Shown here one piece after another: positions 9,323-18,931 of a stretch of DNA of 61,044 nt. The notes below the pieces were generated by a model that searched no databases, was not told where the DNA came from, and saw only the letters and a program-made list of their open reading frames with translations. Each line of letters begins with the position of its first letter. Position 1 is the first letter of the stretch. Position numbers and translations under genes: made by a program. Source of the stretch: a virus (taxonomy: Duplodnaviria > Caudoviricetes); the IMG/VR virus record IMGVR_UViG_3300036770_001422, positions 1 to 61,044 of that record. One strand, written 5' to 3'.

Positions 9323-12300
9323 TTAAATTGTTCTAAACTGTGTTGTCCAAACTGTACTATTACTGCTTGATGGTGTAACTTGCAATGCAATGTTACCACC
9401 TACAACGTTGACTGCCAACACACCTGTTGCGCCGCCAATGGCAGCAGTAGCAAATGTTACGTAATCAACTGTTGATCCGTTTGTAACTGCGGTGACTGTT
9501 GCTACAGAATATTTTAATCCTGTTGAATCAACACCCTTAACAATAAATTCATATCCAGTGATGCCACTTGTTGGAACTGTTGCAATTGTTTGATTACCTG
9601 TAATAGCACTAGTTGTTACTGTTCCCCAATATACAGCAGTATTACCTAATATAATTGCATTACTTACGTTAGCATTGTTAGCAAATAATGTGCTTGAAAC
9701 GTTTAAGTTTCCTGTAACATTACCGCCTGTTGCTGTTACAACTAATGAAGTATTACCACCTGCTGTAATGTTAACATTGCCATTCGCTGTTGGTATCTCG
9801 ACATTACTTGTACCATTAATTAATGTACCAGTAAAGAAGTTAGCAGTTGCTAAGTTGCCTAAGTTTGCATTGGCAGCATTAATATTACCGGTAAAGTTTG
9901 CGGTGTTGCCGGCAAGTTCTAAATTAACTGCTAGATTTGGTACTACGACATTACCACTAAAGTTTGCAGTATTACCAGCAAGTTCTAAATTAACTGTTAA
10001 GTTTGGTAATATTACGTTGCCACTGAAGTTTGCTGTATTACCGCTAAACTCTAAGTTTATTGTAGCGTTATTAGCAACAACGTTACCACTGAAGTTTGCA
10101 CTATTACCTGTAATAGCAGTATTAACTGTTAATGCATCAGTGATTGTAGTTCCGGATACATTTGCATTTGAAGCAAATACTGTTGAGTTTGCAGTAATAT
10201 TTGCAGCCAATACATTACCGGTTGCTTCAACATTACCACTTGCATTTAAGTTTAAACCACTTACGTTAGCATTAGAAGTAATTGCAAGATTTGCATCAAT
10301 ACTACCTTGAACTGTTAAGTTACCTGTAATGTTAGCAATATTACTAATACTTAAATTATTAGCAGTAACATTACCATTGCTTAATGTATTCCATGTCAAA
10401 CTACTAAATGTAGCATCACCAATATTTGGTGTTGTCAAATTAGCACTTGATTTAACAACAATGTTGCCACCAACAATATCAGTTGTTACTCCGTCTGTAT
10501 TAGCACTGATTGTTGTACCACTAATATTAATACCATTGCCTGCGGTGTATGAACCGGCAGCACTAAATTGAGTGAATGTTACACTATCAGTACCAATAAT
10601 GATTTCACCATCAGGAGCAGTTAATACATATGATTCACCTGCACCAGTAGTACCTTGGGATATGAATACATAGTCTCCCTTGCCCATACCATTTGGACTT
10701 GCAGGGATATACTTATCCATATCACTTGAACGTGTCATTATCCACGCTGCTGTAGCATTACCTATATCGCTAACAACATAGATACCGTTATGTGCAGAAT
10801 TTGCTTGAGTATAAACTAAAACACGATCTGTGTTCGCTAGTGCAATGCCATCAATACTAATTGCGGCATTTACACCTGCATTAGTAAGCGTTGCACCAAC
10901 ACCTGGATTTGCACGTGATGCTTCTGTTAAACCTGTACCATTTGTAAGTGTTGTAACTTCAGCACCAAAGTAACCATCTCTAATTGTGATTTGATTTAGT
11001 GCCGGAACTGTTTGAACCCAATATGCTTCACCACCAACGATACCGTTAAATGAGTTAGTCCAAACGATACCGTCGTTGACGCTCAATCCGTGATTTGCAC
11101 TGAATGTAATTGTTTTTCCACCAGTGATATCTGTAGTAGTCTGTGTTGTGCCACCTACTACATAAGTTGCATTCAATGCTGTTGGTGATTCAACACGAAC
11201 TGGGCTATGAATTGTTAAACCTGTGCCACCAATTGCGTCAACATATTCTTTAGTTGCCGCATCATTTGGATTTACTGGATCAGCCAATTGACTGATACGT
11301 GCTAATCCTAAATCAACTGTACCTGTACCACTTGGTACAAGATAAATGTTTTCGTTTGTTCCACTAGCACTAATTGTTAAATTACCAGATGTTGCAGTAA
11401 TGTTTGAAGTCATCAAACTACCAACATTAGCACGACCTGATATCTCTGCATTTGCAGCAACTACATTACCATTAGCAGTTACATTACCATTGGCTGTTAT
11501 ATTGCCTAATGTTGAATTAATATTACCAACAACATGCAATCCATCGCTAGCAAAAGTTGCAACGTTTGCTACGCCACCAATAGTGATTTCTACGTTCGCA
11601 TTACTGTAAACTTTTACGTTACTATTACCATTTGCTAATGGTCCAATTAAATTGGCTGCGGTAGCATTACCTGTAACATGTAGATCATTGGCTACGTTGA
11701 TATAGTTAGCGGTTGCTAAGTTACCTAAGTTTGCATTTAATGAAGTTAAGTTACCACTAAAGTTTGCAACGTTACCATTAAGGTCATTTGCTACGTTTAC
11801 ATAATTAGCGGTTGCTAAGTTACCTAAGTTTGCATTTAATGAAGTTAAGTTACCACTGAAGTTTGCTGTGTTACCTGCAAGTTCTAAGTTAACAGTTAAG
11901 TTAGGTAATACAACATTACCACTGAAATTTGCTGTGTTACCTGCAAGTTCTAAATTAACAGTTAAATTACTTGTGGTTATATTACTTGATACATTCACAA
12001 AATTTGCTGTAGCAAGATTACCTAAGTTGGCGTTGGCGGCAGTTAAATTACCACTAAAGTTACCTACGTTACCTATCAATGTGTTTGTTATATTTGCATT
12101 GCCTGTTACAGTAAAGACCTGCGTAGAATCATCATATGTAAAGTTTGCACTGGCTGCAAAATTATTACCCATATTATATTGAATTTGGGTATTGGCGCCG
12201 GCTGCTTCTTGGAAGTCCCAAGGTTGACCGTTTGCATATAATAAGTTGTCTGTTCTTAAATTGCCAACATTTGCTGTATCGGTAACATTTACGTTACTAG

Positions 12301-13162
12301 ATACATTGATAAAGTTTGCTGTTGCCAAATTACCTAAATCAGCATTAACTGCGGTTAAGTTACCACTGAAGTTAGCAACGTTACCTACTAATGTAGAGTT
12401 TACAGTTAAGTTTGGTAATATTACGTTACCACTAAAGTTTGCTGTGTTGCCTGCAAGTTCTAAATTAACAGTTAAATTACTTGTTATAACATTACTTGCA
12501 ACGTTTACATAATTGGCTCTTACTAGATTACCTAAATTTGCATTTAGTGTATTAACATTACCACTGAAGTTTGCTGTGTTACCTGCAAGTTCTAAGTTAA
12601 CAGTTAAGTTAGGTAATACAACATTACCTATAAAGTTTGCAGTGTTACCGCTTAATTCTAAATTGACTGTTAAATTATTTCCAATAACATTACTTGCAAC
12701 GTTTACAAAGTTTGCTGTAGCAAGATTACCTAAATCTGCATTGGCTGCTGTCAAATTACCACTGAAATTTGCAACGTTACCATTGACTTGATTTGCCACG
12801 TTAACATAATTTGCTATGGCAAGATTGCCAAGATTAGCATTAGTGCTAATAATATTGCCAACTACTTCTAGGACATTAGTTGAGGGATTGAAAGTAAAGT
12901 TAGCACTTGCGGCAAAATTGTTATTTAAATTATATTGAATTTCATAGTTGGCACCGGCTGCTTCCTGCATGTCCCAAGGTACGCCGTTACTATAATATAG
13001 GTTATCTGTTAATATGCCCCATGTTGCATTGGCATTTGATATTAACAAATTACCTGAAAATGTTGCGCCATTACCCGTAAAATAACCATTAGGGTAAATA
13101 ACGTTTGCGGGAGTTTCACCTACTGAGAAACCGCCGACTGAATTTAGTGGTTTAAGTGCCAT
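9323..13162 (-). CDS. Long repetitive tail fibre protein
   Basis: Many NLTVNLELAGNTANFSGN and ANLGNLATAN repeats; ADPVNPNDAATKEYVD neck-like motif; IDGIAL...DRVLV...NGIYVV fibre domain. Confidence 0.75.
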   Translation of the reverse strand: MALKPLNSVGGFSVGETPANVIYPNGYFTGNGATFSGNLLISNANATWGILTDNLYYSNGVPWDMQEAAGANYEIQYNLNNNFAASANFTFNPSTNVLEVVGNIISTNANLGNLAIANYVNVANQVNGNVANFSGNLTAANADLGNLATANFVNVASNVIGNNLTVNLELSGNTANFIGNVVLPNLTVNLELAGNTANFSGNVNTLNANLGNLVRANYVNVASNVITSNLTVNLELAGNTANFSGNVILPNLTVNSTLVGNVANFSGNLTAVNADLGNLATANFINVSSNVNVTDTANVGNLRTDNLLYANGQPWDFQEAAGANTQIQYNMGNNFAASANFTYDDSTQVFTVTGNANITNTLIGNVGNFSGNLTAANANLGNLATANFVNVSSNITTSNLTVNLELAGNTANFSGNVVLPNLTVNLELAGNTANFSGNLTSLNANLGNLATANYVNVANDLNGNVANFSGNLTSLNANLGNLATANYINVANDLHVTGNATAANLIGPLANGNSNVKVYSNANVEITIGGVANVATFASDGLHVVGNINSTLGNITANGNVTANGNVVAANAEISGRANVGSLMTSNITATSGNLTISASGTNENIYLVPSGTGTVDLGLARISQLADPVNPNDAATKEYVDAIGGTGLTIHSPVRVESPTALNATYVVGGTTQTTTDITGGKTITFSANHGLSVNDGIVWTNSFNGIVGGEAYWVQTVPALNQITIRDGYFGAEVTTLTNGTGLTEASRANPGVGATLTNAGVNAAISIDGIALANTDRVLVYTQANSAHNGIYVVSDIGNATAAWIMTRSSDMDKYIPASPNGMGKGDYVFISQGTTGAGESYVLTAPDGEIIIGTDSVTFTQFSAAGSYTAGNGINISGTTISANTDGVTTDIVGGNIVVKSSANLTTPNIGDATFSSLTWNTLSNGNVTANNLSISNIANITGNLTVQGSIDANLAITSNANVSGLNLNASGNVEATGNVLAANITANSTVFASNANVSGTTITDALTVNTAITGNSANFSGNVVANNATINLEFSGNTANFSGNVILPNLTVNLELAGNTANFSGNVVVPNLAVNLELAGNTANFTGNINAANANLGNLATANFFTGTLINGTSNVEIPTANGNVNITAGGNTSLVVTATGGNVTGNLNVSSTLFANNANVSNAIILGNTAVYWGTVTTSAITGNQTIATVPTSGITGYEFIVKGVDSTGLKYSVATVTAVTNGSTVDYVTFATAAIGGATGVLAVNVVGGNIALQVTPSSSNSTVWTTQFRTI
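11705..12628. repeat. Intragenic direct repeats within the long fibre gene
   Basis: A 71-nt block is identical at 11850-11920 and 12558-12628. A ~50-nt block recurs at ~11705 and ~11804 (99-nt period). Confidence 0.85.
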
Positions 13163-13185
13163 TTAAAAATCCCCTGTCCTATCTA

Positions 13186-13193
13186 TATTTATC
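13186..13193 (-). promoter_or_regulatory. Late promoter GATAAATA
   Basis: Intergenic, upstream of the 13162 start. Confidence 0.7.
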
Positions 13194-13199
13194 AAAAAA

Positions 13200-14681
13200 T
13201 TACTCTTCATACACTGTCATTTGTATCTTATATGATGACAAATTAGTGGTTAATGGTTCAACGTAAAGCGTTACTGATGCTGGAGAAATGATGTTTCCAG
13301 GATCATAACCTACTGTTAAATTACCAACCAATCCATTAACATGTAACGAACTGTATTCGTTATAATTACATGTTGCTTGAAACATAACCGCAGATAATTT
13401 ACTTACCTGTCTATTACCTGATGTATTATCCGTTGCAATAACTGTATAATCTACACTAGAAACTGTGTTAGCATTCAATGATACTAATGCAGTATTAGAC
13501 ATTGTAGCGGTCGTTGCAAAATACACATTGGATCTAGAAAACTTATAAACACCTGATCCAATTTCAATACTATTTGCAATCAAGTTACCTGCAATGTTAA
13601 ATGTATTGGTTACTTCATTGAAAGTTAGATATGGGCTACCTCCAAAGTCACCTGAATCGTTATATTGAATTTGTGTATTGGCGCCACCAGGAGTACCATT
13701 ACCTCCACCGCCGCCACCTGCACTCCATGTTAAGTTACCAGTGCCGTCGGTTGTAAGTACATATCCATTAACACCACCTGATATGTGTATGTTTGCTAAT
13801 GTACCTAAATTAATATTTGGTGATCCTGAGAAGTTGACGTTTGCTAAACTTCTTAAACTTCCAGGATAATTTATTCTTAAGTTGCCGTTTACTGTTACAT
13901 TACTTGCGAATGTAGCGTTACCTGCTGATACGTTACGTGAAAGATTAATATTACCTGCAATAATATTACCTGAGAATGCTGCATTACCTGCGCTAGTTAT
14001 GTCTCCTGTAATATCCAAATATAATAAGTTACCTAAACTTGTAATATTAGACTGATCAGGTTCTGTTACGTAGTTTGCTAAATCTGATGTAATACCTGTA
14101 AGATAATAACCATTACCTACAAAATATCCATTTGCTTGTATATTGGCATTAGATGTTATATTACCTACGGCTGTGATATGACTTACTGCATTAACTGTAG
14201 GTACTGTAAGTGTGTTTGTTGTCTTGTCGAATACAAAATCTACGTCACCACCAAACACACCATTATCATTATACTGAACTTGTGTATTACTGCCACCTGG
14301 TACTGCTGCACCACCGTTTCCGCCGGCTGCCCAAGTTAGTCCGCCGGCGCCGTCAGTTTGTAAGAAGTAACCGTTATCACCGCCTAAAATGCTTAAACTA
14401 GACACATCGCCTAGTGTTAATACGTTACCACTCCAAGTTACATTAGGTATTCCACCAAAAGACCCGGCATTATTGAATTGTAATTGAGTATCGTTGCCAC
14501 CGGGTTGTCCTGTAAATGCTTGTCCGTTAGCAAATTTATAATATGTTGCATAAAAAACGTTAGCAGTAACATTACCAGTGGTGTTAACATTAGTTATAAC
14601 GTTGCCATTGGCGTCAATGACTGCAACCGCTGGTATACCTGATGTATAACCGCCTATACTGTTAAATGGTTCTGCTGACAT
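13200..14681 (-). CDS. Tail fibre/structural protein
   Basis: Three PGG.NTQ.Q(Y/F)N..G.FGG modules and two GY.L.TDG.G.LTW modules; N-terminus similar to the 7566 and 9323 genes. Confidence 0.65.
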   Translation of the reverse strand: MSAEPFNSIGGYTSGIPAVAVIDANGNVITNVNTTGNVTANVFYATYYKFANGQAFTGQPGGNDTQLQFNNAGSFGGIPNVTWSGNVLTLGDVSSLSILGGDNGYFLQTDGAGGLTWAAGGNGGAAVPGGSNTQVQYNDNGVFGGDVDFVFDKTTNTLTVPTVNAVSHITAVGNITSNANIQANGYFVGNGYYLTGITSDLANYVTEPDQSNITSLGNLLYLDITGDITSAGNAAFSGNIIAGNINLSRNVSAGNATFASNVTVNGNLRINYPGSLRSLANVNFSGSPNINLGTLANIHISGGVNGYVLTTDGTGNLTWSAGGGGGGNGTPGGANTQIQYNDSGDFGGSPYLTFNEVTNTFNIAGNLIANSIEIGSGVYKFSRSNVYFATTATMSNTALVSLNANTVSSVDYTVIATDNTSGNRQVSKLSAVMFQATCNYNEYSSLHVNGLVGNLTVGYDPGNIISPASVTLYVEPLTTNLSSYKIQMTVYEE

Positions 14682-14702
14682 TATTCTATTTCCCTTATTA
14701 CA

Positions 14703-14710
14703 TATTTATC
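14703..14710 (-). promoter_or_regulatory. Late promoter GATAAATA
   Basis: Heads the fibre cluster, upstream of the 14681 start. Confidence 0.7.
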
Positions 14711-14771
14711 ATAAAGACGTATATTGGGTACTCAAAAAAGAACCATTGGTATCTTTTTTCTAAATACAATT

Positions 14772-15140
14772 ATGCTTACACAACAATTACCAAGACCCAT
14801 TTGTATCAATTGCAGAAATGCATTAGCAAAACCAAATGGAAAAAGCAAGAACGGGTTTACTAAATGGCACAAATATTGTGCTGATTGTGCTAAGGGGATT
14901 TATAGCCCTAAATATAAGCACTTACTAGAAAAGAAAAGTAAGTGTGATAAGTGCGGATTCGTTGCAGAAGATAGATGTCAGTTAGATTTGATTTATAAAG
15001 ATAACAACAAGAAAAATACTGTTAAGAAAAATTTAATAACATTATGTGCAAACTGTAGTAGATTGCACAAGAAAAAATCTAAGGCTAATAAAAAATCAAT
15101 ATTAAATTTAACAGTAGATGCGGACGTAAGAATAAGTTAA
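14772..15140 (+). CDS. Zinc-finger plus degenerate HNH-like protein
   Basis: CINC/CADC and CDKC/CANC cysteine pairs, with QLDLIYKDNNKKN...NLITLCANC HNH-like core. ATG 14772 is preferred over the track's TTG at 14724 because TAAATA lies 5 nt upstream. Confidence 0.65.
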   Translation: MLTQQLPRPICINCRNALAKPNGKSKNGFTKWHKYCADCAKGIYSPKYKHLLEKKSKCDKCGFVAEDRCQLDLIYKDNNKKNTVKKNLITLCANCSRLHKKKSKANKKSILNLTVDADVRIS

Positions 15141-15850
15141 CTTAATTCGTTCACTTTCTGAATCCATAAATTATAGTATTCAGCAATATATGCTTTATTA
15201 AAATTAGGCAACTGTAATACATTATAAACTCGTTCTACCTCTTCTATCATAGTTTCTTCCTTGTCATATGCTCTTGTATCAAAATGACATATAACCTGCT
15301 TATATTGCGCTAATTCTTCAAAATCTTTTCTAAAATTTGGTAACATGTCATAAAATTTTCTAACCCTAGGATTAAATTCGCAACGTTTCTTAATGAATGA
15401 TTCTACATGGTCAAACAATATAACTTTGGGTTTGTGCCATATTTTTAATACTGCTTCTAATTCAGGTCTAAAGTGAGTAGCCATGTAAAATTTATAGTTA
15501 CTTTCACTTGCTTCTTTTACCACTCTATGAAAACGTATACCCCTAAAAGGATTAATATATTCTTTCTTTTTTAATCCAAAGAAGTTATCACAAGATAAAT
15601 TTAAGTCATTCCAAAAATCACCCTTTTTTAATTTAGATAATTCTGTTCTAATATAATTCATCTTATCATCAACTGTAAACTCTCCTCGCATTTGCATTTC
15701 AGCAAAGGTCTTATCTGGAAAAAGTGCCCCATCATTTAATGCTAAACAGTTTAATAATGTTTTTCCACCTGCATAATTGTAATACCAAATGATTACAAAG
15801 TTATCAGTGTCTAGGTTAACTTCATTAGGTGATACACGTAGATTTGTCAT
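15137..15850 (-). CDS. Hypothetical protein, possibly sulfotransferase/P-loop-like fold
   Basis: 237-aa ORF with N-terminal IIWYYNYAGGKTLLNCL. The fold assignment is weak. Confidence 0.45.
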   Translation of the reverse strand: MTNLRVSPNEVNLDTDNFVIIWYYNYAGGKTLLNCLALNDGALFPDKTFAEMQMRGEFTVDDKMNYIRTELSKLKKGDFWNDLNLSCDNFFGLKKKEYINPFRGIRFHRVVKEASESNYKFYMATHFRPELEAVLKIWHKPKVILFDHVESFIKKRCEFNPRVRKFYDMLPNFRKDFEELAQYKQVICHFDTRAYDKEETMIEEVERVYNVLQLPNFNKAYIAEYYNLWIQKVNELS

Positions 15851-15878
15851 GTCTATATTTAAATCTTATTACTACAGC

Positions 15879-15908
15879 CAAAAGAAAAGGCTCCGAAGAG
15901 CCTTTTCT
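15879..15908 (-). terminator. Rho-independent terminator after the major capsid gene
   Basis: Minus strand reads AGAAAAGGCTC-TTCG-GAGCCTTTTCT-TTT: a cUUCGg tetraloop stem with a U-rich tail, as in T4-like phages. Confidence 0.9.
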
Positions 15909-15932
15909 ACTTCCCATCCCGATTGGAAAGAT

Positions 15933-17129
15933 TTATTGGAACGTTAAGTTCTGAACTGCAATCTCACCAACGTAATCAGCAGCATTACCAAAAGATGATG
16001 CTGTGTTAGTTAATTCGATGTAACCATAACGTGTCATGAATGATACGACTGGTTCGAATGTTGATGGATCAAGAACAACACCACTGCTCATCAATGGAAT
16101 GTATGGGCAATAGAATGCTGCGGCGTCAGTCTCACTTGAACCCTTATAACCAACCAATACTGGCTGAGTATCTGGAGCATATGAGTTAACGAATACACGC
16201 ATTGCACCGTTCAATGTACCAACGAACTTGGTGTTAGTTGGTGCTTCGAATGTACCTTCTGTGGTACGTGCGAATGCTGATGTTGTTGCTGACTGAAGAA
16301 CAGTCAATGATGCTGGGCTGACAACGCACCAGTTACCTGCGCCACGACGGGTACGCTGTGCGATCAAGTTAGCAACACGGTTGATCAATACTGCAAGAGC
16401 AGCATGCTCGTCACCAACGTAAGTAGCAGTACCAGAAACTGTTGCCTGGTTGTATGTAAACTCAGTTGATGCTAATGTTGCCAATGACAAGAGAATTTCT
16501 TGGTCAATTTCAGCAGTGATTTCTTGTGCAAGAGCAGCCATAATTTCTGCTTCAACGTCGATGCCATGCTGTGACTGTGCGTCCTGAGCGGCTTCGAATG
16601 TCCATCTTGCTTGCAACTTACGTGATTTGGCTTCAACAGCCTGACGTAAGATTTGTACGCTGATCTGTTTACCACCGTTACCTTCAAGAGTAGCAGTGTC
16701 ATTACCAGTGTAGTAATTTGTGCTTGCTGCACCTGATGGTACACGTGAATATGCCTGAGCAATCTTGAATGGACTCAATGCTTCTTCACCTGCTGTTACA
16801 GATGTTGCAGCTGCTGAGTTGTCAGTCAATGATTGTGCATAACGTACACGTAATGTGTGAATCTGACCAACTGGGCCGGTCATTGGCTGAACACCAACCA
16901 ACTCGTTAGCAATAACGGTTGGCATCACACGACGGATAACTGGGAGAATAACGCGGTTTAATGTTGCGATATTACCTGCAGTTGTTGTACCTGCTGTAGA
17001 TTCAGCAAGTAACTGTTTCTTTGTGTTCTCAAGGAGAACACCCATTGTTGAGCGGCGAGTGCCCTTTAAGCCTTCTAACAGGGCATCTTTGGTCTCGTCC
17101 CAACGGCTTTCTAATAGAACTTTTGACAT
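15933..17129 (-). CDS. gp23: Major capsid protein (T4 gp23-like)
   Basis: Hallmark motifs IRRVMP..IANELVGVQPMTGPVGQI, AKSRKLQARWTFEAAQD, EITAEIDQEI, YCPYIPL and FMTRYG. Confidence 0.97.
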   Translation of the reverse strand: MSKVLLESRWDETKDALLEGLKGTRRSTMGVLLENTKKQLLAESTAGTTTAGNIATLNRVILPVIRRVMPTVIANELVGVQPMTGPVGQIHTLRVRYAQSLTDNSAAATSVTAGEEALSPFKIAQAYSRVPSGAASTNYYTGNDTATLEGNGGKQISVQILRQAVEAKSRKLQARWTFEAAQDAQSQHGIDVEAEIMAALAQEITAEIDQEILLSLATLASTEFTYNQATVSGTATYVGDEHAALAVLINRVANLIAQRTRRGAGNWCVVSPASLTVLQSATTSAFARTTEGTFEAPTNTKFVGTLNGAMRVFVNSYAPDTQPVLVGYKGSSETDAAAFYCPYIPLMSSGVVLDPSTFEPVVSFMTRYGYIELTNTASSFGNAADYVGEIAVQNLTFQ

Positions 17130-17159
17130 TTGTAATTATCTCCTAATATGTCTTAAAAA

Positions 17160-18269
17160 TTAAAGCCCTGCCAGACGCTTGATTTCGATGACGTTATCAC
17201 GTCCTTCGAATTCTTCTTTAACTTCTTTCTTGGCAGATTTATCACCAGTAGCCTCAGTAATAACTGATTCAGTTAAAGTTGGCTTTTCAGCCTTCTTAAT
17301 TTCTGATCCAGTATTTAAAACTGCTGGTAGATACTTATCGAAAGCATTCTTCAATTTTGGTGTCTGAACGCTTTCTAAAAGGCTCTTCATTACCTTAGAT
17401 TTCTCTTCGTTTAATGGTGCTAGAAGTTCATCTAGTACTCTTTCACGTTGAGTTGATTCTTTAATAATGCGAACTTCCTTTTCTTTACTCTCCACTAATT
17501 TTTGTGCTTGCGCAACTTTATTAGTGGCTTCGGCTAATTGCTTTTCCTTTTGATGTAGTGTTGCGACTAACTTGCGAGTTTCAGCCTTCTCATTTAAATG
17601 AGTTACGCTAAATTCACCTGCAAATGCTTCGAACAACTTACGACCAAAATTGTTTTCTTTAGCCTGTTGAATGTCTTCCTTAAGTTGTGACATTTCACCT
17701 TTGAGATGATTGGTAACAATCTTATTGATTCTTGCCGCACTTTCAGCAACAAACTTCTGCTTAAGTGCTTCAAGTTTCTGACGACCTTCAGCAACCAATT
17801 TAACTTTTGCTTCAACAACTGCTTTCTTGTCTTGTGAGAATTCTTTAATCTCACGTGCCAATGCATGTACGATGAACTTTTCAAGTTTTTGTTGATTTTC
17901 CATCATTGCTTTACGGTCTGAACGTAGTTCTTTGATTTCTTCTGCTAACTTAGTTACCATAAAATCATTAAACTTAGTCGCATTTTCTTGCAATTTTAAC
18001 TTTGCTTTAACACGATCTTCGTTCATTGCTTGTCTCTCAGTGTGAAATTCAGAAATTTCAGTTGAAAGACTATCTGTTACCATCTTGTCAAGGGCTTCAA
18101 CCATCACACTTCTATCATGCTCATAACGTTGTGCAAACTCTTCTCGTAGTTCAGCACGTACTTGTTCACGGGCTTCATTGAGTTTGGTCTCCCATGCCTC
18201 ATTAAGAGACTGGGCAACATCCTCTTTGATTAGTCCGCTTTCAAGTAATGGTTTGATAGCATCTAGCAT
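17160..18269 (-). CDS. gp22: Prohead core scaffold protein (gp22-like)
   Basis: Coiled-coil, E/K-rich protein located between the protease and the major capsid gene. Confidence 0.8.
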   Translation of the reverse strand: MLDAIKPLLESGLIKEDVAQSLNEAWETKLNEAREQVRAELREEFAQRYEHDRSVMVEALDKMVTDSLSTEISEFHTERQAMNEDRVKAKLKLQENATKFNDFMVTKLAEEIKELRSDRKAMMENQQKLEKFIVHALAREIKEFSQDKKAVVEAKVKLVAEGRQKLEALKQKFVAESAARINKIVTNHLKGEMSQLKEDIQQAKENNFGRKLFEAFAGEFSVTHLNEKAETRKLVATLHQKEKQLAEATNKVAQAQKLVESKEKEVRIIKESTQRERVLDELLAPLNEEKSKVMKSLLESVQTPKLKNAFDKYLPAVLNTGSEIKKAEKPTLTESVITEATGDKSAKKEVKEEFEGRDNVIEIKRLAGL

Positions 18270-18281
18270 GCTGTGTTCCCC

Positions 18282-18917
18282 TTAATTGATTTTGAGATCC
18301 TTGATGAGGCGCATTACTTCCTCTTTTAGGTATCTCTCTACTTTTTTGTCACCTTTAGCGTCTTTTGCAATATCCAACAACTTATGACCATGACGCATAT
18401 TCATCATCCCTTCATAAATTGCTTTTGGATACGCATTAGGTGCGCTAGGTTGAGCGACAATATCCACTGTGATTATTTCGAAATCACTGACGCGGCCGTC
18501 CATGTCGTTTACATTACCTGATCCACGACTGGATACGCCGAGTTTGACCCCACTAGTGAGCATAGTTTTCACTAACTCTCCCATTGGTGTGGGTAAAATC
18601 TTTAATTTACCAAATCCGTTTGCACCGTCCATCCACATCTGAGTAATCATATGGGATACACGATCCAAGTTAATCTTTAGATCGTCTGGGTGATCTACTT
18701 CCCCTAACACTGAGTAGCCGGTTTGAATTTGTTCGTTCAAAGTATTGACTGCGTTCTCAATTTCAGAAACGGGGTAAACACGCTCATTTGCGTTTTTTAC
18801 CCCACCCTGAATGAAAATCCCCTTCATATATAGGGATTTTCCATTACTATCATCCGCAGATTCAACCACCATTCCTGCGCGGTCAAATGTTAGATGTTCT
18901 TTGAGATACAAAGCCAT
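18282..18917 (-). CDS. gp21: Prohead protease (gp21-like)
   Basis: Motifs GIFIQG..KNAN.RVYP, GEVDHP, LGVSSRGSG and DIVAQPSAPNAY. Confidence 0.95.
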   Translation of the reverse strand: MALYLKEHLTFDRAGMVVESADDSNGKSLYMKGIFIQGGVKNANERVYPVSEIENAVNTLNEQIQTGYSVLGEVDHPDDLKINLDRVSHMITQMWMDGANGFGKLKILPTPMGELVKTMLTSGVKLGVSSRGSGNVNDMDGRVSDFEIITVDIVAQPSAPNAYPKAIYEGMMNMRHGHKLLDIAKDAKGDKKVERYLKEEVMRLIKDLKIN

Positions 18918-18931
18918 TTGTTCTCAGTTCC

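Noticed and set aside
6221-12628. Direct repeats as a CRISPR array or as a DGR template/variable pair
   Set aside because: They are in-frame coding repeats with no unique-spacer periodicity, no adenine-specific divergence was noticed, and no cas or reverse transcriptase genes are present.
5052-14401. Many + strand ORFs of 60-240 aa opposite the fibre genes
   Set aside because: Antisense shadows of repetitive Asn/Gly/Thr-rich codons (LPLKFAVLP-type translations), fully overlapping well-supported genes.
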